A stretch of 64,000 bases of DNA from IMG/VR virus record IMGVR_UViG_3300050132_000502, one strand, 5' to 3'. The position numbers and the translations under genes were made by a program. Every line of letters starts with the position of its first letter. Position 1 is the stretch's first letter. Source of the stretch: an uncultured virus (IMG/VR IMGVR_UViG_3300050132_000502). Taxonomy: Duplodnaviria; Heunggongvirae; Uroviricota; Caudoviricetes. Of the stretch, positions 1 through 9,259 are shown in pieces. The notes beneath the pieces were generated by a model. The model saw only the letters and a program-made list of their open reading frames with translations. It was not told the origin of the DNA and searched no databases.

Positions 1-420
1 CAGTTCGCTACCGATTTCGCCCTGCGTCTCTATCGTCGCAAGGCTCAAGAAGAGGGCATGGACTTCCCTTTGCACCTCTTCGTGGATGAGGCCGACAAGT
101 TCGTACCGCAACGCGTGAGCGGTGGCCCGATAGGCCACCTTGGGGTTATAGCCACAGACGATGATCTGATTCAGCGCGGTGTGCTGATGCGAGAGATCAA
201 TGACCTTGAAGGGCGACTGGGGTACAACGCGCACTCCGCGCTCCAAGACGCTCGCAGCGTTATTCGTACTCTTGAACGCTCTGCATCAACGATCACGAGA
301 GCCTCTCTTGACGCACTGATCAACAAGAGGTTCTCGGACGACCCTTCTTCACGTCGAAACGACCACATCGCGGGAGCGACCATGCTCCGTGACGCTCTCT
401 TCGCGAAAGAAGGCGGCTGA
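1..420 (+). pseudogene. Partial, apparently truncated HerA/FtsK-like (DUF87-type) ATPase; frame open from the window edge
   Basis: Frame reads QFATDFALRLYRRK..PLHLFVDEADKFVPQR (Walker-B-like), then lacks the downstream RGRK/SQRP-type motifs expected in this family. Confidence 0.4.
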
Positions 421-599
421 TGGGTTGCATGGACCAAGCCGGAGAGCGGTACGACCGTTGCGACAAGTGCCACACCTGGCACTTCGATGGCGAGTCGTGT
501 CCGACCGGACGTCGCTTGCGCGAAGCCTTGGTGAAAGCAAAGAGGCACTACGACCCTCCCGAGTGGCACGCACGCAAACGACTGCTGAGTAGGTCATGA
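420..599 (+). CDS. Small Cys/His-rich hypothetical protein (59 aa, absent from ORF track)
   Basis: ATG at 420 overlaps upstream TGA; MGCMDQAGERYDRCDKCHTWHFDGESC...; stop overlaps next ATG (ATGA). Confidence 0.55.
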   Translation: MGCMDQAGERYDRCDKCHTWHFDGESCPTGRRLREALVKAKRHYDPPEWHARKRLLSRS

Positions 600-799
600 G
601 TACGCGCCGCGACAACTTCCATCGGTGGGGTGGTGTACGACGCATCCTTTGCTCGGTCATCGGCCATCGTTACGAGGAAGACGTGGACTACATGAGCGGC
701 GACATCCAAGACTGGTGCTCACGTTGCGAGACGAGCCCCGTGCCGTGGCTATGGATCGACCGCATCAAGTCACGGGCACTCTCATTGGTGAAATCATGA
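596..799 (+). CDS. Small phage-type hypothetical protein (C-x3-GH...CxRC)
   Basis: ATGA coupling at both ends; ILCSVIGH...WCSRC. Confidence 0.55.
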   Translation: MSTRRDNFHRWGGVRRILCSVIGHRYEEDVDYMSGDIQDWCSRCETSPVPWLWIDRIKSRALSLVKS

Positions 800-1020
800 C
801 GACTCCCAACGACCCGTTCGTCTCGACCATCACGTCTAACGTGATTGCGCTTCTCCGCGAGGCGGGACTCGACGGACTCCTTCTGCGCATCGAGGCCGAA
901 CCTAAGGACGGTGGTGGTTTCGACTATTCCATTCATCACGTGGGCAGTGACGAGGACGAACTGGCGATTACTGGCGCGTTCAAGGCGGTGCTCGAACGTC
1001 ATGGAGTCTCTGTCAAGTGA
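796..1020 (+). CDS. Hypothetical protein
   Basis: ATG 796 overlaps previous stop (MTTPND...). Confidence 0.55.
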   Translation: MTTPNDPFVSTITSNVIALLREAGLDGLLLRIEAEPKDGGGFDYSIHHVGSDEDELAITGAFKAVLERHGVSVK

Positions 1021-1256
1021 AGAACCCTCTCCAGATTCGACGCGAGCGTCGTCAGATGACCAAGGAGATACTCGAACTCTTCTTCCAGGCGGGTTACGAC
1101 AACAGCACGGACGTGAGTCTCGACATGTACGTCATTAATTCTGTGCTCGTGTTTCAGATCAGCGGAGAAGACCTCGTAGCCAGAGAGGTCCTCGGAGGCA
1201 TCTTGAAGATTGTCATGGACGATCACGGCGTCGATGTCGAGATGGCGGATGTCTAA
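1017..1256 (+). CDS. Hypothetical protein
   Basis: Coupled ORF directly upstream of the helicase. Confidence 0.55.
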   Translation: MKNPLQIRRERRQMTKEILELFFQAGYDNSTDVSLDMYVINSVLVFQISGEDLVAREVLGGILKIVMDDHGVDVEMADV

Positions 1257-3121
1257 TGGCTCGCCGCGTCGCAGTTATTCATCCTGATAACTCGGTCTCG
1301 CTCACTTTCGACGTCAACGCGACGTACGGGGAGAGCGACAAGTACGGGCGGTCCAAACTGCTCCGTGACTTTGTGTCGGGAATGTCCGGGGCCTCCTGGT
1401 CGAAGAAGACCACCACGTGGGAGTTGCCCGACGTCTACGACTACCGTCCGGGCACCTTGAAGCGGCTCGGCTTCGACATCGAAGACGACGACGGGAACCC
1501 CATCAAGCGCGAGAAGCGTTCTCCGAGGCCACCACGCTCGACCGAACTGAGTCCCCTCCCCGAGACGTTCAACTTGCCGCTCTACGACTACCAGCGCGAG
1601 GGTTCACTTATCGTGGCCGAGAAGAATCGGGTACTCGCTGACGCTCCCGGCGTGGGCAAGACCAACCAGGCCCTCGCCAGTGCCGCCATGCTGAGATCGA
1701 CGCGCACGCTGGTCGTGTGTCCGCCGGTCGTCGTGACCCACTGGTCGAGGACCTCTTCGAAGTCTGGCCTTGGCCCGGTGCTCGCGATCCGTGACACGGG
1801 ATTCTCCACCCCTATCGAGGGAGCGACATCCACCACCCCAGCGAAGTTGAAGAGTAGCAAGACGAGTCTTCCCGACCGAGGCGTCGTGGTGGTCTCGACG
1901 TCGTTGCTGTCCCTCCAGACCGATCTTCACCAGATGATGCTGGAGTGGCAACCCACGGTGTTCATCGTGGACGAAGCACACTCGTGTAAGACGTGGAGTT
2001 CGCTCCGTGCTCGACGGATGCGGGCCATCGCTCGGGTAACTCCCGACACCATTCCCACGACCGGCACCCCGACTCCGGCGGCGAACCCTCTGGAGATGGC
2101 CCCGCTGCTGGAGATGACCGGCGATCTCCAACGACTCTTCGGCGACTTCGAGTCGTACCGCGACGAGTTCTGCTACCGCTCGAAGTTCGGCTGGCTCCCG
2201 CGCAAGCGCGAACTCAAGCGTCTGCGCAAGATTCTCGACGAAGAGGTGTGGATTCGCCGCACTAAGGCCGAGGTGCTCCCCGGTCTCCCGCCAAAGATTC
2301 GGGTGCCGTACTGGGTCGACGCCATCAATAAGGAGTACAAGGACGCGCTCACCAAGGTCTACGCCGAGATCGACGCGTGGCTCAAGACCATGCGCTGGGA
2401 CCCGAGCGACGACGAGATCACGTTGTGGGCTCAGGGCAAAGTCGGTCTCATCTCGCGTCTGCGCCAAGCCGCCGGACTCGCCAAAGTGCCCGCCGCCGTG
2501 GAGTTCGTCGCGGCGCGGCCGCAAGAGCCAATTTTGGTGTGGGCTCACCACCAAGAAGTAGTCGAGCGTCTCCACGACAGCATCCCCGGCTCCGAGATGA
2601 TCTACGGCAACACCACCGACCGCGAGCGCGACCGCCTGGTCGATGCGTACGAGGCGGGCGAGATCAAGGTGCTGATTCTCTCTATCCAGAAGGTGGGAGT
2701 GGGCGTCACCTTAGTGCGCGGCAACGAGGCACTCTTCGTCGAGAGCGACTGGACGCCGGACAACATCACCCAAGCCGAAGACCGTCAGCACCGCCCCGGA
2801 CAAGAGGCCGATCACGTCACGTACACCACGATGGTCTGTGCGGGTACCATCGACGAGAACGTACAGGCCGTGCTGACCGACAAGGTAGAGCGCCTCGACG
2901 TGCTGGTGAGCGGGGACCACGCGGTCAACACCGAGATGGAACTGACGGGCAACGTTCTCGTCAACATGGTCCGCGAACGACGTGATGCCCACTGGGGCCG
3001 CACCTCCCAGCCAATAGTGGTAGACGTGGACACCGCGTTCGAGACAGAACTCGAAGAAGAGATCAAAGCGGCCAGCGATGAGCAACGCAAAGTCCTTATC
3101 GACATGAACGAGGAGTGGTAG
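1256..3121 (+). CDS. SNF2/HARP-like SF2 helicase
   Basis: LYDYQ Q-motif, LADAPGVGKT, VDEAH, TGTP, GVGVTL, QAEDRQHRPGQ. Confidence 0.9.
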   Translation: MARRVAVIHPDNSVSLTFDVNATYGESDKYGRSKLLRDFVSGMSGASWSKKTTTWELPDVYDYRPGTLKRLGFDIEDDDGNPIKREKRSPRPPRSTELSPLPETFNLPLYDYQREGSLIVAEKNRVLADAPGVGKTNQALASAAMLRSTRTLVVCPPVVVTHWSRTSSKSGLGPVLAIRDTGFSTPIEGATSTTPAKLKSSKTSLPDRGVVVVSTSLLSLQTDLHQMMLEWQPTVFIVDEAHSCKTWSSLRARRMRAIARVTPDTIPTTGTPTPAANPLEMAPLLEMTGDLQRLFGDFESYRDEFCYRSKFGWLPRKRELKRLRKILDEEVWIRRTKAEVLPGLPPKIRVPYWVDAINKEYKDALTKVYAEIDAWLKTMRWDPSDDEITLWAQGKVGLISRLRQAAGLAKVPAAVEFVAARPQEPILVWAHHQEVVERLHDSIPGSEMIYGNTTDRERDRLVDAYEAGEIKVLILSIQKVGVGVTLVRGNEALFVESDWTPDNITQAEDRQHRPGQEADHVTYTTMVCAGTIDENVQAVLTDKVERLDVLVSGDHAVNTEMELTGNVLVNMVRERRDAHWGRTSQPIVVDVDTAFETELEEEIKAASDEQRKVLIDMNEEW

Positions 3122-3158
3122 TGAGGCAACGCTCACCAAGCAGGGTTAGAACGTCACC

Positions 3159-3440
3159 ATGAGCAAAGAGATCGAGGCCGTGGCGCTCTACCTAGCCGTG
3201 CAGAAGGACAAGTCGTGGAGTCTGACGCCCGAGGACCGCGAACTACTCGACGCGCATCGCACTCTGACGGAGTGCATCAATCCCAAGAGCAAGATTCGCG
3301 CCATCGGCTGTCCCGAGTGCGGTCGAGTGGGATTCACCACGACGGCGACCATCCCGAAGTGCCGACTCACCATCAATTGCTCGGGCAAACCAGTCATCAT
3401 CGTTGCCAAAGAAAAAGCAGAGGCCGAGGACTTCGAGTGA
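3159..3440 (+). CDS. Small Zn-ribbon hypothetical protein
   Basis: CPECG...C..C. Confidence 0.55.
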   Translation: MSKEIEAVALYLAVQKDKSWSLTPEDRELLDAHRTLTECINPKSKIRAIGCPECGRVGFTTTATIPKCRLTINCSGKPVIIVAKEKAEAEDFE

Positions 3441-3442
3441 TA

Positions 3443-3667
3443 ATGCGTCAAGTGAAGCACGTGTTCACTCCTTACGAAGAGGCGGCATCACTCAACTTCC
3501 AACTGAGGTGTCTCATGAAGCCGCAGTTACAGAAGATGTGCAAGGACGAACACATCACCGGATTTTCTCAGATGAACCGGATGCAGATGCGTCACGCGAT
3601 TCTTCGCAAGAAGTTCTCGTGGTCCAAGGATTGGTCCGAAGATTGGCTCTTGGATTGGGTCGATTGA
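3443..3667 (+). CDS. Small protein with Rho-N/HeH-like helical motif
   Basis: ATG 3443; LMKPQLQKMCKDEHITGFSQMNRMQMRHAI resembles the Rho N-terminal pattern. Confidence 0.45.
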   Translation: MRQVKHVFTPYEEAASLNFQLRCLMKPQLQKMCKDEHITGFSQMNRMQMRHAILRKKFSWSKDWSEDWLLDWVD

Positions 3668-3709
3668 TCATCCTTCGCACCCATAGTTAGGGTTAGAGAC
3701 GGAGGTTTT

Positions 3710-4225
3710 ATGGTCAAGCGCCAGCCCAAAGGCACACCAGTCGGAGGTCAGTTCGCCGAAGGACGCAAGCCCGAAGGCAACGACCTCACTACCTCCTCCG
3801 TCAACCCCGGATTCGGCTCGCGCTACGGCGGCGGCGAGCACTACCTCACCGACGAGGGAGTCACCGTCACCATGTGGCGCAAGGGTCAGAAAGTCCGCTT
3901 CTATGACAACGAGGGGAACCAAGTTGGACCTGAGCAGTCCAACGTGGCTCCCGCTGTGGCGTACATCCACGCCAATGGCTGGCAATCGGAACTCGACTAC
4001 ACGGTCGTCAAGGCTCGCGAAGTGAAGAAGGGCGAGTACATCCTCCTGCACGGGACTATCTGCGAGGTCATGGACGAAGCGGAGATCGAGGCCGAGGAAG
4101 ACATCTTCGGCCAAAAACTCGACCGGCTTCGCCTTCGTCGCACGGACACTGACGAGGTAGGAACCATGCCCTTCGGCCCTCAAGGGATCGTGCGCTCACT
4201 GCCCTCCATGACCCGTACCAACTAA
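3710..4225 (+). CDS. Leader-tagged protein 1; C-terminal SH3-like barrel
   Basis: MVKRQPKGTPVGGQF; GGAGG RBS; AREVKKGEYILL. Confidence 0.85.
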   Translation: MVKRQPKGTPVGGQFAEGRKPEGNDLTTSSVNPGFGSRYGGGEHYLTDEGVTVTMWRKGQKVRFYDNEGNQVGPEQSNVAPAVAYIHANGWQSELDYTVVKAREVKKGEYILLHGTICEVMDEAEIEAEEDIFGQKLDRLRLRRTDTDEVGTMPFGPQGIVRSLPSMTRTN

Positions 4226-4268
4226 GCGACCTGTCGCACCCATAGTGAAGGATGAGACGGAGGACCGT

Positions 4269-5072
4269 ATGACCAATCGACAGCCGAAGGGCACACCCGT
4301 GGGTGGACAGTTCTCTGAAGGACGCAAGCCGGACGGCAGCGACTTAGTGGACGACCGCGACATTGCCACGCGGGACTACATGAACTCGCAGAGGGGGAAA
4401 CAGTTGCCCGCCCGCGATTACTCCCGTGAGGCTATCGACGCGCACAAGGACGCGATTCTCGACGCAGAGCAGAATGTGGAGTCAACCATCGGCTCCTACG
4501 CCCCGGACGCGCTTTTCAACAGCACGACCCGCGAACTTCACGACAACATGCAAACCATCGTTGACAACCAGAAAGAGATCATCTACGAACTCGAATCGCA
4601 ACTTCGCGCCATCCGCGAACAGCCGAGTCCGCGTGTCTACATTTCTCCCGACGGAAACTGGGGTGGGGCCGAAGGTCTACTTCTCTTGAGTGACGCCGAC
4701 GTCGAGAAGGTAGGCGACCTGAGCGAACTGTACGAGGAGTACGGGGACAACATGATCGACGGGGTGCGCGAGCGTCTCGAACCAAAGCCCGAGTTGGTGC
4801 TCTCCTACAACGACTGGCACGACGTCGCCGAAGCAGTGGGCAATCTCACCGACGCGTGGAATACGACTCAAAACTTCTCGCCAGAGATGGATACCGCCAT
4901 GAATCGTCTGTACTTCTCATATGACACGCCTCACGACATGGTGGTCAAGTCGATTGTGGACATTCAGAACGCATGGCGAGATGTCGATTGGGGTGATGAC
5001 CCGGACGCGGTGAAGATCGACAAACTGGTGGACTCACTCGGAGACTTCCTCACCACCAAGGAGCCGTCATGA
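4269..5072 (+). CDS. Leader-tagged protein 2, acidic helical cargo
   Basis: ATG 4269 after GGAGG; leader present. Confidence 0.85.
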   Translation: MTNRQPKGTPVGGQFSEGRKPDGSDLVDDRDIATRDYMNSQRGKQLPARDYSREAIDAHKDAILDAEQNVESTIGSYAPDALFNSTTRELHDNMQTIVDNQKEIIYELESQLRAIREQPSPRVYISPDGNWGGAEGLLLLSDADVEKVGDLSELYEEYGDNMIDGVRERLEPKPELVLSYNDWHDVAEAVGNLTDAWNTTQNFSPEMDTAMNRLYFSYDTPHDMVVKSIVDIQNAWRDVDWGDDPDAVKIDKLVDSLGDFLTTKEPS

Positions 5073-5758
5073 CCAACCGCCAACCCAAGGGCACACCCGT
5101 CGGAGGTCAGTTCTCAGAAGGACGTAAGCCCGAAGGCGGAGACCTCTACGACGAGGTAAACGACAGTGTTGAGGTCGAGGAGTTCGAGGGTAACCTCACC
5201 GCATCCTACGAGGGGTACGTCTTCACCATCTCACCGCCGGACCCCGAGGCGCATCGCGCTCATTGGACCGCAGAGTTTCGCGCCGACGAAAGTTCCGTCG
5301 AGCAGTACGCGACCAAGGGGGAGTTCGCTTCTTTCGAAGAGGCCACCGACCTGTTCAAGGAATGGCCCGCAGTCGTGAAGTCGATGACACACGCCAATGA
5401 CGGATTGAAGGCCAGCGCCGGAGACCTCGAACTCACGGAACGACTCAATGATGTCCATATCCTGTGGCAGGAATTCGACGACAACGAGCAACTCTACGAC
5501 GGAGAGTTTGAGCAAATCTATGCCGTGTTAGATGAGGCTACTCGACGACTCGACGGCGACCCGAACGATCCGACATCTACCAACGCGAAGAACCTCGAAC
5601 TCTCTGACAAAGTACACAACGCACACATTTTGATTCTGAACTTCGACAAGGACGGCACAGCGATCAGCCGAGATGACTTCGACTACATCACTGAGGCCAT
5701 TGAGGAAGCCCGAGAGACGCTGGGGGCTGGTGGTCCTCACGGGGCCGTCGCCGAGTAA
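5069..5758 (+). CDS. Leader-tagged protein 3, acidic, with internal helical repeat
   Basis: Leader; DLELTERLNDVHIL / NLELSDKVHNAHIL. Confidence 0.85.
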   Translation: MTNRQPKGTPVGGQFSEGRKPEGGDLYDEVNDSVEVEEFEGNLTASYEGYVFTISPPDPEAHRAHWTAEFRADESSVEQYATKGEFASFEEATDLFKEWPAVVKSMTHANDGLKASAGDLELTERLNDVHILWQEFDDNEQLYDGEFEQIYAVLDEATRRLDGDPNDPTSTNAKNLELSDKVHNAHILILNFDKDGTAISRDDFDYITEAIEEARETLGAGGPHGAVAE

Positions 5759-5760
5759 CG

Positions 5761-6474
5761 ATGAACCGGCAACCTAAGGGCTCGCCGGTCGGTGGTCAGT
5801 TCGCGCAAGGTCGCAAACCTGACGGACCAGAACTCGACTTCGAGGATGACGAGTTTGAGATCACCACTCTTGAGCATGACGGTCTTCCTGCGGCGACGTT
5901 CTCGCACGTAGTCCACATCGGATCGCTCGACGCGGACGAGAAGCGGGGGTGGTCGCTCGAAGGCGATGGTCTTTCCGTGTCAACGGAACCCGAGGCGTGG
6001 GAAGAGATCGCTGGTCTCGGAGGCAATCAGTGGTGGACGCTCACCAAGAGCAACAATGTCTTTCTGGATGCGCACGAACTCTCCGACGAGCAGCGTGACG
6101 TCATCAACAATTGGGGTGTTGAACGCGGCTATCTGGTCAAGCAGGACGGCTGGCGTATCGAGTGGTTCGACGACGAGATGGATGACACCATGAGCACTGT
6201 CCTCGACACCGAAGAAGAAGCGCGGGAGGAACTCGACACAATGGAGGTCGATCAAGAGCCGGTCCTCGTCGAGCAACTCGTCGCTGGTCCGAACTTTCCC
6301 GATGCGGCGGGAGCAAGCAACGCGGATCAGGTCATTTTGTCCGTATGGGCTGACGAAATGTCCGACTTCGATGGCGTGTGGTGGAATGACGACCTCGCGC
6401 CCGAGCATCTCAGTGCTCCCCGAGCCGTCATTTTCAAGAGCAGACTGGCGGAGTGGGGTCGCACCCATAACTAG
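5761..6474 (+). CDS. Leader-tagged protein 4; possible enzymatic (ART-like?) cargo
   Basis: Leader; HIGSL..GLSVS..FDGVWW..SAPRAVIF. Confidence 0.8.
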   Translation: MNRQPKGSPVGGQFAQGRKPDGPELDFEDDEFEITTLEHDGLPAATFSHVVHIGSLDADEKRGWSLEGDGLSVSTEPEAWEEIAGLGGNQWWTLTKSNNVFLDAHELSDEQRDVINNWGVERGYLVKQDGWRIEWFDDEMDDTMSTVLDTEEEAREELDTMEVDQEPVLVEQLVAGPNFPDAAGASNADQVILSVWADEMSDFDGVWWNDDLAPEHLSAPRAVIFKSRLAEWGRTHN

Positions 6475-6478
6475 AGAT

Positions 6479-7594
6479 ATGACTAAGCGCCAGCCCAAGG
6501 GCACTCCCGTAGGTGGACAGTTCGCCGAAGATCGCAAACCAGATGGTGCCGACCTGGTGAGACTTCCTGACGGTCGCGAGTTCCCCAGTGACTATGAAGA
6601 TGAGTTACGTGGTGAGACAGCGGCTCACGAACGTTCTGAGCCGAACGAGCACTCAATGCCGTCTGCTCTGGCCGGAAATGTCTCAAACGTGCAGGTGGGC
6701 TCACGAACTCCGTGGGGAACTGCCGACTACGTGAACCACATCGCACCAGGCATCGTCTCGGTCGCCACGCCGGGACACGGCGGAGTCAAACTCTCGCCCG
6801 AGCGCAACAAGAAGGTGCCCGTACCTTTGCGCACGAAGTCGGGCTGGTACGAAGAGGACTGCGAAGCGTACATCCCCATGATGGTCCACGCGGGTGACAT
6901 GAAGCGAACGGGCGAGTCCACCGAAGACGCATTCAAGCGATCCGAACTCGGCGTCATGAACTGGTTCCCCGAGGGATACGAGGAGGCTTACTCGGTGGAG
7001 TTGCCCGTCGGCGCGTCACTCATGAAGGACGAAAAGACCTGGCTGACGACACACGCTCTCGACGAGATCGCGATCTCCGCCATTGGGACGGGTGACGGAA
7101 TGGTCAAGGTCACGGTCTGCGTAGGTGGTCGCGCCAAGTACGGACACGATGGAGTATCCGAGCGCGAGATTCTCGTTCCTAAAGAGGAGTACGACAGCCC
7201 TGATTTCCGTCACCCCATCGGTAAGCACAGCGGGTCGTTCGTGGTGGATTCTCGACAGAACTACGAGGACGTAACTCCACCGCCGAAGGCCCCGAACCCT
7301 CCGGCCCCGCGCTATCGCGAGATCAATTTAGGGTTAGTAACGAACGCTCAACGTGAGAGAGCCCAACGCGACCTGGACAAGAGATATCGCTTCAGTAACG
7401 GCAGTGTCCAATCAGTGCGTGAGGTCATCGAGAGTGGTGGCATCGCCAGCAAGTCGTCAATGGAGAACAACGGTCGACGCACCTACTACCTACGACGAGC
7501 GATTGAGGCCGAGGGAGAACCGGGACAGGACACCTTCAACGCTCTGGAGGTTTCCAAGGCTCTATGGGACGCGGTCGTCGCGCCAGCGAATTAG
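6479..7594 (+). CDS. Leader-tagged protein 5; DUF7007-like domain
   Basis: Leader; RTPWG...TPGHGGVKLS...GWYEEDCE. Confidence 0.8.
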   Translation: MTKRQPKGTPVGGQFAEDRKPDGADLVRLPDGREFPSDYEDELRGETAAHERSEPNEHSMPSALAGNVSNVQVGSRTPWGTADYVNHIAPGIVSVATPGHGGVKLSPERNKKVPVPLRTKSGWYEEDCEAYIPMMVHAGDMKRTGESTEDAFKRSELGVMNWFPEGYEEAYSVELPVGASLMKDEKTWLTTHALDEIAISAIGTGDGMVKVTVCVGGRAKYGHDGVSEREILVPKEEYDSPDFRHPIGKHSGSFVVDSRQNYEDVTPPPKAPNPPAPRYREINLGLVTNAQRERAQRDLDKRYRFSNGSVQSVREVIESGGIASKSSMENNGRRTYYLRRAIEAEGEPGQDTFNALEVSKALWDAVVAPAN

Positions 7595-7617
7595 TTTTCG
7601 CACCCATAACTAGAGGT

Positions 7618-7860
7618 ATGACTAAGCGACAGCCAAAGGGCACACCAGTGGGCGGGCAGTTCGCCGAAGGCCGCAAGCCCGAGGGTGCAGAACTGACTAC
7701 CTCTCCCGATGAAAAGACGACCACCGTCAAGTGCTCAGACTGTCAAACGGAAATCGATCCACTTGACGTGTTCCCCGAGGGGCGTTGTCTCAACTGTCAT
7801 GCAGCCGTGACGCCGATGCCCACCGCCGAAGAAGTTCGACGAGCATGGGGGGTTCGATGA
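7618..7860 (+). CDS. Leader-tagged protein 6; small Zn finger
   Basis: Leader; CSDC...CLNC. Confidence 0.85.
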   Translation: MTKRQPKGTPVGGQFAEGRKPEGAELTTSPDEKTTTVKCSDCQTEIDPLDVFPEGRCLNCHAAVTPMPTAEEVRRAWGVR

Positions 7861-8405
7861 CCACACGTCAGCCCAAGGGCACCCCCGTCGGTGGACAGTT
7901 CGCAGAAGGACGCAAGCCCGAAGGGGTCGTGTTAGCGCCGGTTTCACCGCTGTTCAATAAGGCCACCGTCGTCGATCACCAACGTCAGGTCAAGATACTC
8001 GAAGCGGAGATCGAAGACCTCTATCAGGACGCCTTCGTCAACGACACGAAGCCCGACAGTAGCGATCTACTTGCTTTGAAGAACGACTTGATTCATCAGC
8101 AGCACGAGATCATCCGCAAGCAGGCCAAGGAACTCGCAGACCTCCAGAGAGATGCTGGTGACTTTCAACTGCGTGGCATCATTCGTGCCAACGTTCGCGA
8201 CCGTCTATCCAACGTCGTTGATCTTGGCGATGATGATGCCCGTATCCGCGAGTTCTACGCTCAGATTGACGAACTTATGGAGCACCACTTCGCTAGGTTC
8301 GCCCCTGAGGAGAATGATGCGCTAGACGGCGTTGCGGCATCGGAGACGAACTTCTTCATGAAGCGGCTCGACCTCGACACGATGTCACTGAAAAAGGATG
8401 CGTAA
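7857..8405 (+). CDS. Leader-tagged protein 7; coiled-coil cargo
   Basis: ATG 7857 (ATGA overlap); leader. Confidence 0.85.
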   Translation: MTTRQPKGTPVGGQFAEGRKPEGVVLAPVSPLFNKATVVDHQRQVKILEAEIEDLYQDAFVNDTKPDSSDLLALKNDLIHQQHEIIRKQAKELADLQRDAGDFQLRGIIRANVRDRLSNVVDLGDDDARIREFYAQIDELMEHHFARFAPEENDALDGVAASETNFFMKRLDLDTMSLKKDA

Positions 8406-9259
8406 TGACCAATCGACAGCCCAAGGGCTCACCCGTAGGTGGACAGTTCGCAGAAGGACGCAAGCCCGAAGGCGGAGACCTTTCCGTCACCGGGGAGAAC
8501 GATGCGAACATGGAACTTGCCGAGCGACTGAACCGACTCGACTGCATGATGCAAGACCTCGAAGAGTTCGGAGCATCCGTTCTCGATGGGGAGATGTCCT
8601 TCATCCACGCCACTCTCACGGATGCTCGTACCGCCCTCGCCGAGCCTGGTGCCACCTTCGAAGGCAGGTACAAGGACACGTTGCCCGACGTGAATCAAGA
8701 AGATGGCGTCTTCACTCTTGGCGATCACACCTATGAGTTCGAAAAGACGGGACCAGAGAACGACATCACGGAGTACACACTCACCAACGCCGAGGGTGGC
8801 GGAGGATGGCGTTTCGGCTACGACCGCCTGACCCGTCGCGTCACGGCGCATGGCGTCGCTCCAGTTCGCCCCTCGGCGGAGTGGCGTGACAAAGGTGAGG
8901 CGGACATCCGCACCGTGGCTCGCTTGTTCGAACCAGACGCGAGACTGATTCAACTCGATGGCGAGACATATCTCATCGGCGGAAATCCGTGGCCCCTCAG
9001 CCCCTCACACCTGCAAGGAATCGCTACCGGCGAGATGATGCTGAACAGTGGCAAGACCGAGCATGACCTTCGCGCCTACGTGTCCCAGCAGCGCAGCGAC
9101 ACGGCCCGAAGTGAGACCGAGCGTCCTGACATGGCGAAGTCGTTCGCGGAGACGCGTAGTTACATCGACGGAATTGAGATCGCCATCAACCTCGGCGAGG
9201 AAGCGGCGAAAGCCAACACCGTGGGTGCAATGGACGCACGCTTCAAGGAGAAGTCATGA
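8405..9259 (+). CDS. Leader-tagged protein 8; multi-module cargo
   Basis: Leader; TAATG overlap. Confidence 0.85.
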   Translation: MTNRQPKGSPVGGQFAEGRKPEGGDLSVTGENDANMELAERLNRLDCMMQDLEEFGASVLDGEMSFIHATLTDARTALAEPGATFEGRYKDTLPDVNQEDGVFTLGDHTYEFEKTGPENDITEYTLTNAEGGGGWRFGYDRLTRRVTAHGVAPVRPSAEWRDKGEADIRTVARLFEPDARLIQLDGETYLIGGNPWPLSPSHLQGIATGEMMLNSGKTEHDLRAYVSQQRSDTARSETERPDMAKSFAETRSYIDGIEIAINLGEEAAKANTVGAMDARFKEKS

